Translations under genes and position numbers: made by a program
The notes under the pieces: generated by a model
Database searches by the model: none
Seen by the model: only the letters and a program-made list of their open reading frames with translations
Told to the model about the DNA's origin: nothing
Assembly: GCA_902518705.1 (NCBI GenBank)
Contig: CABYHW010000005.1
Location: 1,101 to 65,100 of the forward strand
DNA: 64,000 nucleotides
Reading direction: 5' to 3'
Source: an uncultured Alphaproteobacteria bacterium
GTDB lineage: Bacteria; Pseudomonadota; Alphaproteobacteria; HIMB59; GCA-002718135
Shown: positions 1 to 9,356 of the stretch, piece by piece
How the letters are laid out: each line of letters opens with the position of its first letter
Position numbering within the stretch: position 1 is the first letter of the stretch

Positions 1-1749
1 GAATTTGAAATACTAGGTTTAAAATCAATTGGATATAAAAATAAAGTTATATTCCCTTTGATTGTAGATATTGAAGATAATCAAAAACAAACAAATTTAA
101 ATTTAAATATTAATTATTTAGTTTGCAGAGATGTTTGCATTCCAGGTAATGCGGATATATTTTTAAACTTACCATCTGGAGATGGTGTATACACAGATTA
201 TTTTTTTGAAATTGAAAAAGCTTTATCTACCACATTAAATAATAATATTGATTTTACACCTATTTCTAATTTCTCATTTAATGCTGTTGAAAATAACAAT
301 AACGTTATTTTTGATATAGAAATATCCACTAATTCTTTTTTTGACGATCCAAAAATTTTTATTCACACACCATTTGGACTACCTATCGTAGAACCAATAA
401 ATAATTATTCTCTTGATTTCCAAAAATTGAATACATCTCTATATTTTAGTGCCGATCAATTTAATGAAAAAAAATTTCCAATAGAAATATTTTTTTATGA
501 TAATAATCACAGCTTTAAAGTAGAAAAAAATGTAGAAATTGAAAATGTAGATAAAAATATTTCTATAAATACTAGTCTTATATACTTACTATTAATTTCA
601 CTCTTAGGCGGTTTTATTTTGAATCTTATGCCATGTGTTTTTCCAGTATTATCATTAAAATTATTATCTGTAATTAGTACTGAAGATAAAAAGATAAAAA
701 GTAGTTTTTTTATAACTGTACTGGGTATTATCACTTCTTTTCTATTACTTGGTGCATTTTTTGCGATCCTAAAACAAATCAATATTTCAATATCTTGGGG
801 TATGCAATTTCAAGAACCCTACTTTTTAATGTTCATTTTGATAATTATATCAATGTTCTTTTTGAACACACTTGGTCTTTTCCAAATAAATTTACCAAGT
901 TTTTTATATTCATCAAAAATTTTAAATTCAGGAAATAATTTTTATACAAAGAATTTTTTTAATGGTTTTTTTGCTACACTACTTGCTACACCTTGTTCTG
1001 CACCTTATTTAGGAACAGCTGTCACTGCTGCATTTACTCAATCAACAACGTATCTATTTTTAATATTCTGTTTTATGGGTATAGGAATGAGCTTACCTTA
1101 TTTGGTTATAGCTTTTTTTCCAGGCTTAATTTCCTTCTTACCTCGATCTGGAAAATGGATGATGTATTTTAAATATTTTTTATCTATCTTATTACTAACA
1201 ACAATAGTTTGGCTATTAAGTGTATTAAATAATTATTTTAATTATTTTTTTATAGTCACATTTATTGTTTTATTGACTTTAATATCTGCAATTTTAAAAT
1301 TTAGAACTTATCAATTACCTTTAATTATATCTTTAATATTTATTTTCTTTTTAACTCCATTATTAAATTCTTTTCAAAAAATTAATGAAGATAATTATAA
1401 AAGTAATAAATGGTTAGATTTTAATTTAAAAAGTATTCCTGAAACAATAGCTAATAATGAAATTATTTTTCTAGATATAACAGCAGATTGGTGCATTACC
1501 TGTAAATTTAATAAAATTAATGTTTTAAACTCAGAAGCAATTTCAGAATTTTTTGATTCACAAGAAATTACATTGATAAAAGCTGATTGGACACAACCAA
1601 ATGAAAAAATAAATAAATTTTTAAAAAAATATAATAAATTTGGTATACCTTTTAATGCATTTTACTCTTCAAAGTTTCCAGAAGGCATAGTAATGAATGA
1701 AATATTGACTGAGAAACAAATATTTGAAACATATAATAAAGTTAAATGA
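1..1749 (+). CDS. dsbD: Thiol:disulfide interchange protein DsbD (N-terminus lies upstream of the window)
   Basis: Frame 1 is open from base 1 (EFEILGLKSIGYK...). It has a multi-TM CcdA/DsbD core with conserved Cys motifs MPCVFPVL and TPCSAPYL, and a C-terminal thioredoxin-like domain with WCITCK (CxxC). Confidence 0.85.
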   Translation, partial: EFEILGLKSIGYKNKVIFPLIVDIEDNQKQTNLNLNINYLVCRDVCIPGNADIFLNLPSGDGVYTDYFFEIEKALSTTLNNNIDFTPISNFSFNAVENNNNVIFDIEISTNSFFDDPKIFIHTPFGLPIVEPINNYSLDFQKLNTSLYFSADQFNEKKFPIEIFFYDNNHSFKVEKNVEIENVDKNISINTSLIYLLLISLLGGFILNLMPCVFPVLSLKLLSVISTEDKKIKSSFFITVLGIITSFLLLGAFFAILKQINISISWGMQFQEPYFLMFILIIISMFFLNTLGLFQINLPSFLYSSKILNSGNNFYTKNFFNGFFATLLATPCSAPYLGTAVTAAFTQSTTYLFLIFCFMGIGMSLPYLVIAFFPGLISFLPRSGKWMMYFKYFLSILLLTTIVWLLSVLNNYFNYFFIVTFIVLLTLISAILKFRTYQLPLIISLIFIFFLTPLLNSFQKINEDNYKSNKWLDFNLKSIPETIANNEIIFLDITADWCITCKFNKINVLNSEAISEFFDSQEITLIKADWTQPNEKINKFLKKYNKFGIPFNAFYSSKFPEGIVMNEILTEKQIFETYNKVK

Positions 1750-2222
1750 AAAATAAAACTATTGATGATTTTAAAGTGCCTATTATTACAAAAGGTGTTT
1801 CAACAATATCTTCATTAAAAAATGAATTCATAAATAAAAAAATAATCCTATTTGGCGTTCCAGGAGCATTTACACCAACTTGTTCTGAGAAACATCTTCC
1901 TGGTTATATAAAATTATATAATTCATTTATAAATAAAAAAATTGATGGAATTTATTGTCTCTCTGTAAACGATGAACATGTTATGAAATCTTGGTTATTG
2001 AGTTACACAGATGGAGAAAAGATCAGTGGAATTGCAGATGGAAATGCTGAGATTACAAAATATTTTGACTTGATATCTGATAAGACAAAAAACTATATGG
2101 GCTTAAGGTGTCTAAGGTTTGCCATGATCATTGAGAACAATATTATTACAAACAGGTTTATTGAAAATGATGGTGAATACCGTGTTAGTTCAGCTGAATA
2201 TATTTTAGAACAAATCCAATGA
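1746..2222 (+). CDS. Peroxiredoxin, Prx5-like (AhpC/TSA family)
   Basis: PGAFTPTCS peroxidatic-Cys motif. 158 aa with no signal peptide. 4-nt overlap with dsbD. Confidence 0.85.
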   Translation: MKNKTIDDFKVPIITKGVSTISSLKNEFINKKIILFGVPGAFTPTCSEKHLPGYIKLYNSFINKKIDGIYCLSVNDEHVMKSWLLSYTDGEKISGIADGNAEITKYFDLISDKTKNYMGLRCLRFAMIIENNIITNRFIENDGEYRVSSAEYILEQIQ

Positions 2223-2956
2223 ATAAAATTAATTTAGAAAATAGAGTAGCAATTGTAACGGGTGGAGCACAAGGCTTTGGGTTAGCAATTACAAAAAGAT
2301 TTATAGAATCAGGTGCAAGAGTTCTAATATGGGATAAAGATACAGAATATTTAAATAAAGTTGATCTAAAAAATATTCAAAAAATTGAAGTTGATGTCTC
2401 AAATTATAAAAGTGTAGAGAATGCATTTGCCAAAAGTCTTACGCATGAAAACAAAATTGATATTTTAGTAAATAATGCAGGAATAGCTGGACCAAATTTT
2501 AAGACATGGGATTATCCACTCGAGGAATGGCAAAAAGTTATAGACATAGATCTAAGTGGAGTATTTTATTGCTGTAAAACTATAGTTCCTCATTTTATCA
2601 AAAATAATTATGGACGTATTGTTAATATTTCCTCCATAGCTGGTAAGGAAGGTAATCCTAATGCAATGCCTTATAGTGCAGCAAAAGCAGGAGTTATTGC
2701 ACTTACTAAATCTTTAGGAAAGGAATTAGCTGAAAATAATATTTCAGTGAATTGTGTTACCCCTGCACCTGCTAAGACACGTATTTTTGATCAAATTACG
2801 CAAGAACATATTGATTATATGCTATCAAAAATTCCAAGAAATAGATTTGTGTTAGTAGAAGAATTAGCTTCTTTAGTTGCATGGATGTCTTCTGAAGAAA
2901 ATTCTTATACCACTGGATCAACTTTTGACTTAAGTGGAGGTAGAGCTACTTATTAA
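2219..2956 (+). CDS. Short-chain dehydrogenase/reductase (FabG-like)
   Basis: TGGAQGFG cofactor motif, NNAG, catalytic YSAAK. 4-nt overlap with the upstream gene. Confidence 0.8.
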   Translation: MNKINLENRVAIVTGGAQGFGLAITKRFIESGARVLIWDKDTEYLNKVDLKNIQKIEVDVSNYKSVENAFAKSLTHENKIDILVNNAGIAGPNFKTWDYPLEEWQKVIDIDLSGVFYCCKTIVPHFIKNNYGRIVNISSIAGKEGNPNAMPYSAAKAGVIALTKSLGKELAENNISVNCVTPAPAKTRIFDQITQEHIDYMLSKIPRNRFVLVEELASLVAWMSSEENSYTTGSTFDLSGGRATY

Positions 2957-3930
2957 TTTTTTCTTCTTTGTATTAAAGCGTAAACTGTTACGGCTACTGT
3001 AATCATGAGTCCGTTAATAAATTTTACATAAAAACCAGATAAACCTAAAGCAACTATTCCTGATTCTAATGATCCAATAATTAATACTCCAATAAAAGTT
3101 CCAAAAATAGTACCTTTACCACCAAAGACTGAAGTGCCACCAACAAAGACGGCTGCTAGCGTTGTTAACATCAAACCTTCACCTTGTGTAGGCCAGAAAT
3201 ATAACATTTCATACATTGTAAAAATTCCTGCTAATGCAGAGAAAAATCCTAGTTGAACAAAAGCAATAATTTTTACATTATCGACGTTAATTCCCATCAT
3301 TTGAGCGCTTGCTTTGTTATCGCCTACAAAGTGGATATGATTTCCAAATTTATGGTATCGATAAACCCATTGCATCAATCCAGTTAATACAATGAACCAA
3401 ATAAATTGCATTGGAATTTTTCCAAATAATTTTTCAACAAATATCATATGATGCCATGTTCCATCTGCTACATCGACGATTGCAATACCGCTACCTTGAG
3501 AAATTACATTAACTAATCCACGCCAAAAAAATAATGTACCTATAGTGGCAACTATTGAAGGTATACCAATTTTAGTAACAAGTAATCCATTTACTAATCC
3601 CGCAAACATTCCAAGTGAAGTTGCCAAAATAAATGCTATAAAAAAGTTACCATCAGTCGATGTCATTATAATTCCAAATATGAGAGATGTAATTCCAACT
3701 ATAGATGGAAATGATAAATCAATTTCACCAAGTGTAACAACAAATGTTGCTGATATAGCAATAATTCCAAAAAAAGGCATTGATTGCATAAAAGCTCTAT
3801 AAATAGGAAATCTTGTAAATACATGTGGTGCACCAAGAAAATAAATTAGGAATAATACTACAGCAATTATAGTAATACTAATTTCAAGTTTGTGAGTTTT
3901 TACAAAATAACTATTTAATAAATTATTCAT
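2953..3930 (-). CDS. Sugar ABC transporter permease (RbsC/FrcC-type)
   Basis: 325 aa, strongly hydrophobic multi-TM protein with a glycine-rich C-terminal half typical of monosaccharide ABC permeases. It abuts the ATPase gene with a 0-nt gap. Confidence 0.8.
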   Translation of the reverse strand: MNNLLNSYFVKTHKLEISITIIAVVLFLIYFLGAPHVFTRFPIYRAFMQSMPFFGIIAISATFVVTLGEIDLSFPSIVGITSLIFGIIMTSTDGNFFIAFILATSLGMFAGLVNGLLVTKIGIPSIVATIGTLFFWRGLVNVISQGSGIAIVDVADGTWHHMIFVEKLFGKIPMQFIWFIVLTGLMQWVYRYHKFGNHIHFVGDNKASAQMMGINVDNVKIIAFVQLGFFSALAGIFTMYEMLYFWPTQGEGLMLTTLAAVFVGGTSVFGGKGTIFGTFIGVLIIGSLESGIVALGLSGFYVKFINGLMITVAVTVYALIQRRKN

Positions 3931-4698
3931 TTAATCTTCCACTTTTATTTTTCCTGATTCATGAAGTTGAATCATTTTTTGCACAAGTTCTTCTCTTGAA
4001 ATATCTTCTTTATTAAATTCCCCAACAACCTCACCTCTATCTAAAATAATAAATCTATCTGCAGCTCCATATACGTGTATAATATTATGATCGATAAATA
4101 TTGCAGATTTGTTTTCATTCTTTAAACCTTTTACAAAATTAAGAACTTTTTCTGTTTCTTGTATCGATAATCCCATTGTTGGTTCATCTAATACGATTAA
4201 ATCAGAATTAAAATACAATGATCTACCGAAAGCTACACCTTGTTTTTCACCACCAGAAAGTCCCATTACTTGAGAGTCAACTGTTATAGCTTTTGAAGTA
4301 AAGCCTATATAGTCGCGTAAAATTTTTTCTGCTTCTTTTCTTTGTTTTTTTATATCCAAAAAACCAAATGAATTTGTAATTTCTCTTCCTGCAAAGATAT
4401 TTCTGTATAATTCTTGCTGATCACATAATGCTCTTTCTTGATACACTGCTTCAATCCCCATTTTTCTTGATTGAGCAACTGATTTAATTTGTACTTCTTT
4501 CTCTTTAAAAAAAACTTTTCCCGAGTTTGGACTATGAACTCCAGTTATAACTTTAATAAGTGTAGATTTTCCAGCTCCGTTATCACCGATTAAAGCTACT
4601 ACTTCACCTTTGTTTATTTTGATATTCACATCTTTTAAAACTTTTACGTTTCCAAAGTTTTTGTAAATATTTTGTAATTTTAAGAGTTCTTCAGCCAT
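3931..4698 (-). CDS. Sugar ABC transporter ATP-binding protein (single NBD, FrcA-like)
   Basis: Walker A GDNGAGKST, signature LSGGEKQ, Walker B LIVLDEPT. At 255 aa it is a single NBD, not the fused double NBD of RbsA. Confidence 0.9.
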   Translation of the reverse strand: MAEELLKLQNIYKNFGNVKVLKDVNIKINKGEVVALIGDNGAGKSTLIKVITGVHSPNSGKVFFKEKEVQIKSVAQSRKMGIEAVYQERALCDQQELYRNIFAGREITNSFGFLDIKKQRKEAEKILRDYIGFTSKAITVDSQVMGLSGGEKQGVAFGRSLYFNSDLIVLDEPTMGLSIQETEKVLNFVKGLKNENKSAIFIDHNIIHVYGAADRFIILDRGEVVGEFNKEDISREELVQKMIQLHESGKIKVED

Positions 4699-4707
4699 AA
4701 AAATAAA

Positions 4708-4730
4708 CCTGCCTTATAAAATAAGGCAGG
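4708..4730 (-). terminator. Intercistronic stem-loop between the binding-protein and ATPase genes (partial terminator or mRNA stabiliser)
   Basis: Perfect 9-bp stem CCTGCCTTA / TAAGGCAGG with a 5-nt loop, sitting in the 46-nt spacer directly after the SBP stop codon. Confidence 0.55.
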
Positions 4731-4744
4731 CTATATTATTTAAT

Positions 4745-5725
4745 TTATCTGATTTGTACTGCTGCTAATGGAGCAACAGCATCAACGTTATCAGCTGTAA
4801 CAAATGCAGCACCAGTATCCATTGCTAATCCAGCCATTCCATATTTTGTACTTAGGAATAACTGAACAATTGGCATATATCCTTGGATAAATGGTTGTTG
4901 ATCAATTACAACGTCAATGTATCCAGAATTAATTCCGTCAACAATTGGAGCTGATAAATCAAATCCAGCACCACATACTTCTTCAGTACCATGACCTGCA
5001 GCCTTCATATATGTTGGTAAACTTGCAGTTAATCCACCATGATCTGTAATAGCCATTTTGATATCAGGATTTGCACTATAAGTAGCAACGTACATAGGAG
5101 TTCCCTGTGATGCATCTGAGTTTACATTATCAGGAATTTCTTGATAAACTACTTCAACACCTGCTGCTTCAACACCAGCTATTGCACCTTTAGTTCTTTC
5201 TCCTCTGTTTGGCATACTTGCAAGACCCCAGATAAAAGCTTTATCTCCAGCTTGTAGACCACAAACTTCAACTGCTTTTTTACCTAGATTAAATCCAGCA
5301 TCAAATAGATCTGCGCCTGCATAACCAAAACCTTCAGTTTTATATTCTGATTCAAGATCAGGAAGAGGTGTATTCATAGTAGTAATTACTATTCCCATTT
5401 CTCTAGCTTCTTGAATGATAGGTCTCATTGCAGCGTCTCCTGGAAAACCATAGATTGCAATTCCATCAGGCTGTAAAGCAACAGCTTCTTTAAATTGTTT
5501 AATCATGATTTCTGAATTCCACTGTGACCAGTAGTAATCTACTTCACAACCAGTGTGTTCAGCAGCAGCTACTGCACCATTGTAAACGATAGTTCCAAAT
5601 GGACCACCTTCTGGACCACCTGGGAAAAATATAAATTTCTTATCACAGCTGTAATCATTTTTTGCTACTGCTGAAGAAGATGCAAAAGCAAAAAATAAAG
5701 CAATGACTGCAAAGATTTTTTTCAT
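4745..5725 (-). CDS. Periplasmic sugar-binding protein (type I PBP, RbsB/FrcB-like)
   Basis: Signal peptide MKKIFAVIALFFAFASSSAVA. PBP-1 fold-like sequence. I prefer the ATG at 5725, preceded by GGAGGA, over the track start at 5749. The protein is Ala/Gly-rich and its DNA is visibly more GC-rich than neighbouring genes. Confidence 0.8.
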   Translation of the reverse strand: MKKIFAVIALFFAFASSSAVAKNDYSCDKKFIFFPGGPEGGPFGTIVYNGAVAAAEHTGCEVDYYWSQWNSEIMIKQFKEAVALQPDGIAIYGFPGDAAMRPIIQEAREMGIVITTMNTPLPDLESEYKTEGFGYAGADLFDAGFNLGKKAVEVCGLQAGDKAFIWGLASMPNRGERTKGAIAGVEAAGVEVVYQEIPDNVNSDASQGTPMYVATYSANPDIKMAITDHGGLTASLPTYMKAAGHGTEEVCGAGFDLSAPIVDGINSGYIDVVIDQQPFIQGYMPIVQLFLSTKYGMAGLAMDTGAAFVTADNVDAVAPLAAVQIR

Positions 5726-5914
5726 AATTCCTCCAAATATTTTATGCATTAATTTATAAGTAAATAAATCAATAATACAATTAAATTAAAGTATTAAAGT
5801 TCTTATTACAAATTAAATTCACCTTTCTTTTGATAGATAAAATAGTCGCACTTATTTACCAATATAAAGCAATTTTTATATTTATAAGATTATCAAAAAG
5901 TGTTATTTTTGACC

Positions 5915-6901
5915 ATGGATGTTGATTTAGGTAAATGGTATCGAGCAAATATAGATAAAAAAGAATTCAAGCAATTATGCAAGAAATCTGATTGGCAGGG
6001 TTTTAAGCATATGATTATTTATTTTTCATCTCTATTTCTTTTTGGATATCTTGCGTATGTCACTTGGGGCACTTGGTGGTCATTATTATTCTTTATAATA
6101 TATGGAAATATTTGGGGATGCAGTGATGCTATATGGCATGAAACTGGTCACAGAACTGCTTTTAAATCTAAATTCTGGAATGATTTCTTTTATTATATTG
6201 CTAGTTTCATGGATAATTTTGAACCTATCAGATGGAGATATTCTCACTACCATCATCATACATATACTCAATTCAATGATCCTGTAGATTTTGAAATACA
6301 TGTAAAAAAACCAACTGATTTAATAGTATTTTTTTCTCACTACGTTCCATTCTCTGGTTTTATTTTCTTTAAAAATTCTCTTCAATGGGAAACTATAAAA
6401 CATGCATTTGGTGTTACTACTGATGTAATGAAGGTTTGCATTCCGGAAAATGAAAGATGGAAATGTAGATTATCTGCGTGGAGTCATCTCTCTATCTGGA
6501 TAATAAGCATAGCTTCTTCAGTTTACTTTCAAAGTTGGCTTCCAGTTCTATATGTTTTATTACCTAATTTTTATGGAAAGACCCTTGTGATGCTTATGGG
6601 TCTAACTCAACACGCAGGACTTAGAGAAGATAAAAGAGACCATAGATATACAACCAGAACAGTGTATTTAAATCCAGTTTTAAGTTTTTTATATTGGCAT
6701 ATGGAATATCATGTTGAACACCATATGTTCCCTCAAGTTCCCTCACATAATTTACCTAAACTGCATGCTATGATTAAAGAACAATTACCACCTGCTAGAA
6801 AAGGTCTTCTTGGGGCTTATAAAGAAATTATTCCAGCACTCATAAAACAAGCAAAAAATCCTGACTATCAAATTCCATTATCTGTTCCAAGCAACGCTTA
6901 G
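5915..6901 (+). CDS. Membrane histidine-box di-iron oxygenase (fatty acid desaturase family), paralogue 1
   Basis: His boxes HETGH, HYHHH and HVEHH, with TM segments. Start moved to the ATG at 5915 (MDVDLGKWY), which aligns with the N-terminus of paralogue 2 (EVDLKTWY). Confidence 0.8.
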   Translation: MDVDLGKWYRANIDKKEFKQLCKKSDWQGFKHMIIYFSSLFLFGYLAYVTWGTWWSLLFFIIYGNIWGCSDAIWHETGHRTAFKSKFWNDFFYYIASFMDNFEPIRWRYSHYHHHTYTQFNDPVDFEIHVKKPTDLIVFFSHYVPFSGFIFFKNSLQWETIKHAFGVTTDVMKVCIPENERWKCRLSAWSHLSIWIISIASSVYFQSWLPVLYVLLPNFYGKTLVMLMGLTQHAGLREDKRDHRYTTRTVYLNPVLSFLYWHMEYHVEHHMFPQVPSHNLPKLHAMIKEQLPPARKGLLGAYKEIIPALIKQAKNPDYQIPLSVPSNA

Positions 6902-6906
6902 ACTGA

Positions 6907-8136
6907 GTGAAAAATAACATTATAATTTTAGGCGGTGGTCAAGCTGGAATCTATGCTGCTAGAGAAATTAGGCAAAATGATTTAAAATCAAATATTAAAA
7001 TTTTAGGTGAGGAAAATTTATTACCATACGAAAGACCTCCTCTATCTAAAGATTTTTTGCTAGATAAAAAAAATGAAGAAGATCTTTATTTTCATTCTAG
7101 CGACATACTAAAAAATGAAAATATAGAATTTGAAAATGTATCAATTTCTAAAGTTGATTTTGAAAATAAAAAACTTTTTGCAAAAAATGATGATGTTTAC
7201 TCTTATGATAGTTTGCTTATTTCAACAGGTTCTGAAAATAAAAAACTTAGTTTAGATAATAATTTAAAGGATGATGTTTATTATCTAAGAAATTTAGAAG
7301 AAGCCAAAAAAATTAAAGAAATAGTTTCAAATAAAAATAAAATAACAATTATTGGCGGTGGCTTCATTGGCTTAGAAATTGCCTCATCTTTATCTCAGCT
7401 TCAAAAGAAAGTAATTGTTATCGAAATTGGTAATCAACTTATGGGAAGAATTATACCCAAACAAATTGCTGATTTAGTTCAAAACACTCATTTAGAACAT
7501 GGAAATGAAATAATATTAAATAAACAGATAGAAAAAATAACTAAAAAAAATGGCATTTATGAAATTTTATTAAATGATAATTCTTTAATAGAAACAGATT
7601 TTGTAATTGCAGGTATAGGCTCAACCCCTGCTGTAAAGTTATTTGAAAATACAAATTTAAAGCTTGATAATGGTATAGTAACTAATCAATTTTGTGAAAC
7701 TTCTATTAAAGATGTTTATGCAGCAGGTGACGTATCTAATTTTTATCATCCATTCTATGAAAGAAATATGCGACTCGAGTCTTATCAACATGCACAAAAT
7801 CATGGAATATGTGCTGGAAAAAATATTGCTGGAGTAAAAACAGAATATACATCAATTCCTTGGATGTGGTCTGATCAATTTAATTTGAATCTTCAACTGA
7901 CTGGTATTTGTGATGAGTATGATGAAATCATCGAAAGAGGTAATGATATTAATAATGGTGTTATTTATTTTTTCCTAAAAAATAACAAAATAAGAGGAGC
8001 ATGTGGTGTTGGAGTCATAGGAAAAGTAGGACGTGACATTAGAATAACTTCTAAATTAACTGAGAAAGATACCATTGTAGATAAACAAATTCTCTCAGAT
8101 CAAAATCTAAAATTAAATAAACTTATACAAAAATAA
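6907..8136 (+). CDS. FAD-dependent NAD(P)H:ferredoxin reductase (pyridine nucleotide-disulfide oxidoreductase family)
   Basis: Two Rossmann motifs, LGGGQAG and IGGGFIGLE, plus AAGDV. The 409-aa size matches BphG/TodA/putidaredoxin-reductase-type proteins. Confidence 0.8.
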   Translation: MKNNIIILGGGQAGIYAAREIRQNDLKSNIKILGEENLLPYERPPLSKDFLLDKKNEEDLYFHSSDILKNENIEFENVSISKVDFENKKLFAKNDDVYSYDSLLISTGSENKKLSLDNNLKDDVYYLRNLEEAKKIKEIVSNKNKITIIGGGFIGLEIASSLSQLQKKVIVIEIGNQLMGRIIPKQIADLVQNTHLEHGNEIILNKQIEKITKKNGIYEILLNDNSLIETDFVIAGIGSTPAVKLFENTNLKLDNGIVTNQFCETSIKDVYAAGDVSNFYHPFYERNMRLESYQHAQNHGICAGKNIAGVKTEYTSIPWMWSDQFNLNLQLTGICDEYDEIIERGNDINNGVIYFFLKNNKIRGACGVGVIGKVGRDIRITSKLTEKDTIVDKQILSDQNLKLNKLIQK

Positions 8137-8188
8137 CAATTTAATTATTTTGTATTTATTTTCATAAAATAGCTATTATATACAATCT

Positions 8189-8506
8189 ATGTCTGAAGAA
8201 AATTGGATTGAAGTAGGGTCTACAGATAGTATTGAAGAAGAGGATCTCATCAGATTCGATCATCAAGATAAAACTTTTTGTGTGTATAGGCTAACAGATG
8301 GTTTTTATGCCACTGATGGAATTTGTACACACGAGGCGGTACATCTTGAAGATGGTTTGGTTATGGATGATGAAATTGAATGTCCAATGCACCAGGGAAT
8401 TTTTAATATTAAATCCGGAGAAGCTTTAAGTCCACCAGCGTGTGAGGATTTAAAAACATATCCAGTTAAAGTTGATAATGACAAAATTTTCATTAAGATA
8501 GATTAA
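8189..8506 (+). CDS. Rieske-type [2Fe-2S] ferredoxin
   Basis: CTHEAVH ... CPMHQG (CxH-N-CxxH). The 105-aa size matches BphF/TodB-type electron carriers. Confidence 0.85.
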   Translation: MSEENWIEVGSTDSIEEEDLIRFDHQDKTFCVYRLTDGFYATDGICTHEAVHLEDGLVMDDEIECPMHQGIFNIKSGEALSPPACEDLKTYPVKVDNDKIFIKID

Positions 8507-8525
8507 CTATTTTTTTGGAGATTTT

Positions 8526-9353
8526 ATGAGCAGAAAAAAACTTACAGTTTATGATTATTTGCAATGCAAAGGTAAAAGACAACTAAGTGTTATGTTTGTG
8601 CATAATGCTGATGAAGCTGCAGCAGCTGAAGAGGCAGGCATTGACATGATTTGTACTTCTCATGATGCTCCACAATTTGGTATTTTCAATTCTTTTGATG
8701 AGCTTAAGCGAATTCGCGAGGCTGCACCAACTTGCTTTATGCAATCCGGAGGAGCAGTAAGAGTAGCTTCTGAATACGAAGCAATGAAACTATCACACAA
8801 GTATTTAGACATTGGTGCAGATGTTATCTATGGTGGTAATTGGAGTTACAAATGGATTAGAGCATTAAGAGATGAGTATGTTCCAATTAATAGTCATGTT
8901 GGATTAGTTCCAGGAAATGCTACTTGGATTGGAGGATTTGTTGCACAAGGTAAAACAGCAGATAAAGCCATAAGAATATTAGAACATACTCTTGAGTTAC
9001 AAGAAGCAGGTGCTATTGGAGTTGAACTTGAAGTAGTCCCACCAAAAGTTGCAGAAGTTATTACAAAAAAAGTTGATATCATGACTCTCTCAATGGGAAG
9101 TGGTTCTGGATGTGATGGGCAATATTTATTTGCTAATGATGTACTCGGATATACTCAGGGAAAAATTCCAAGACATGCGCGAATTTATAGGGATTTTAAA
9201 AAAGAATTTTCAAAACTACAAGCTGAAAGAGTAAGTGCATTCAAAGAGTTTCACGATGATACGGTAAACAAAAAATTTAATGATCCTAAAATCACAGTTA
9301 ACATTGATGAAGGTGAATTTGAAAAATTTTTAAAGCTTTCAGAAAAATTTTGA
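8526..9353 (+). CDS. PanB-like protein (ketopantoate hydroxymethyltransferase family, divergent N-terminal half)
   Basis: The C-terminal half matches my recollection of E. coli PanB: VPINSHVGLVPGN..GGFVAQGK and ELEVVP versus VPVCGHLGLTPQS..GGYKVQGR and LVLECVP. The N-terminal GDSLGM-type motif is not recognisable. GGAG lies 7 nt upstream of the ATG. Confidence 0.6.
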   Translation: MSRKKLTVYDYLQCKGKRQLSVMFVHNADEAAAAEEAGIDMICTSHDAPQFGIFNSFDELKRIREAAPTCFMQSGGAVRVASEYEAMKLSHKYLDIGADVIYGGNWSYKWIRALRDEYVPINSHVGLVPGNATWIGGFVAQGKTADKAIRILEHTLELQEAGAIGVELEVVPPKVAEVITKKVDIMTLSMGSGSGCDGQYLFANDVLGYTQGKIPRHARIYRDFKKEFSKLQAERVSAFKEFHDDTVNKKFNDPKITVNIDEGEFEKFLKLSEKF

Positions 9354-9356
9354 TTA

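Noticed and set aside
5726-5914. Recurrent AT-rich words (ATTTATAAG x2, AATTAAATT x2) in the SBP | oxygenase divergent spacer, considered as operators or a repeat element.
   Set aside because: They are pure A/T-dominated 9-mers in DNA of about 80% AT, with no dyad symmetry and no consistent spacing. They are compatible with chance.
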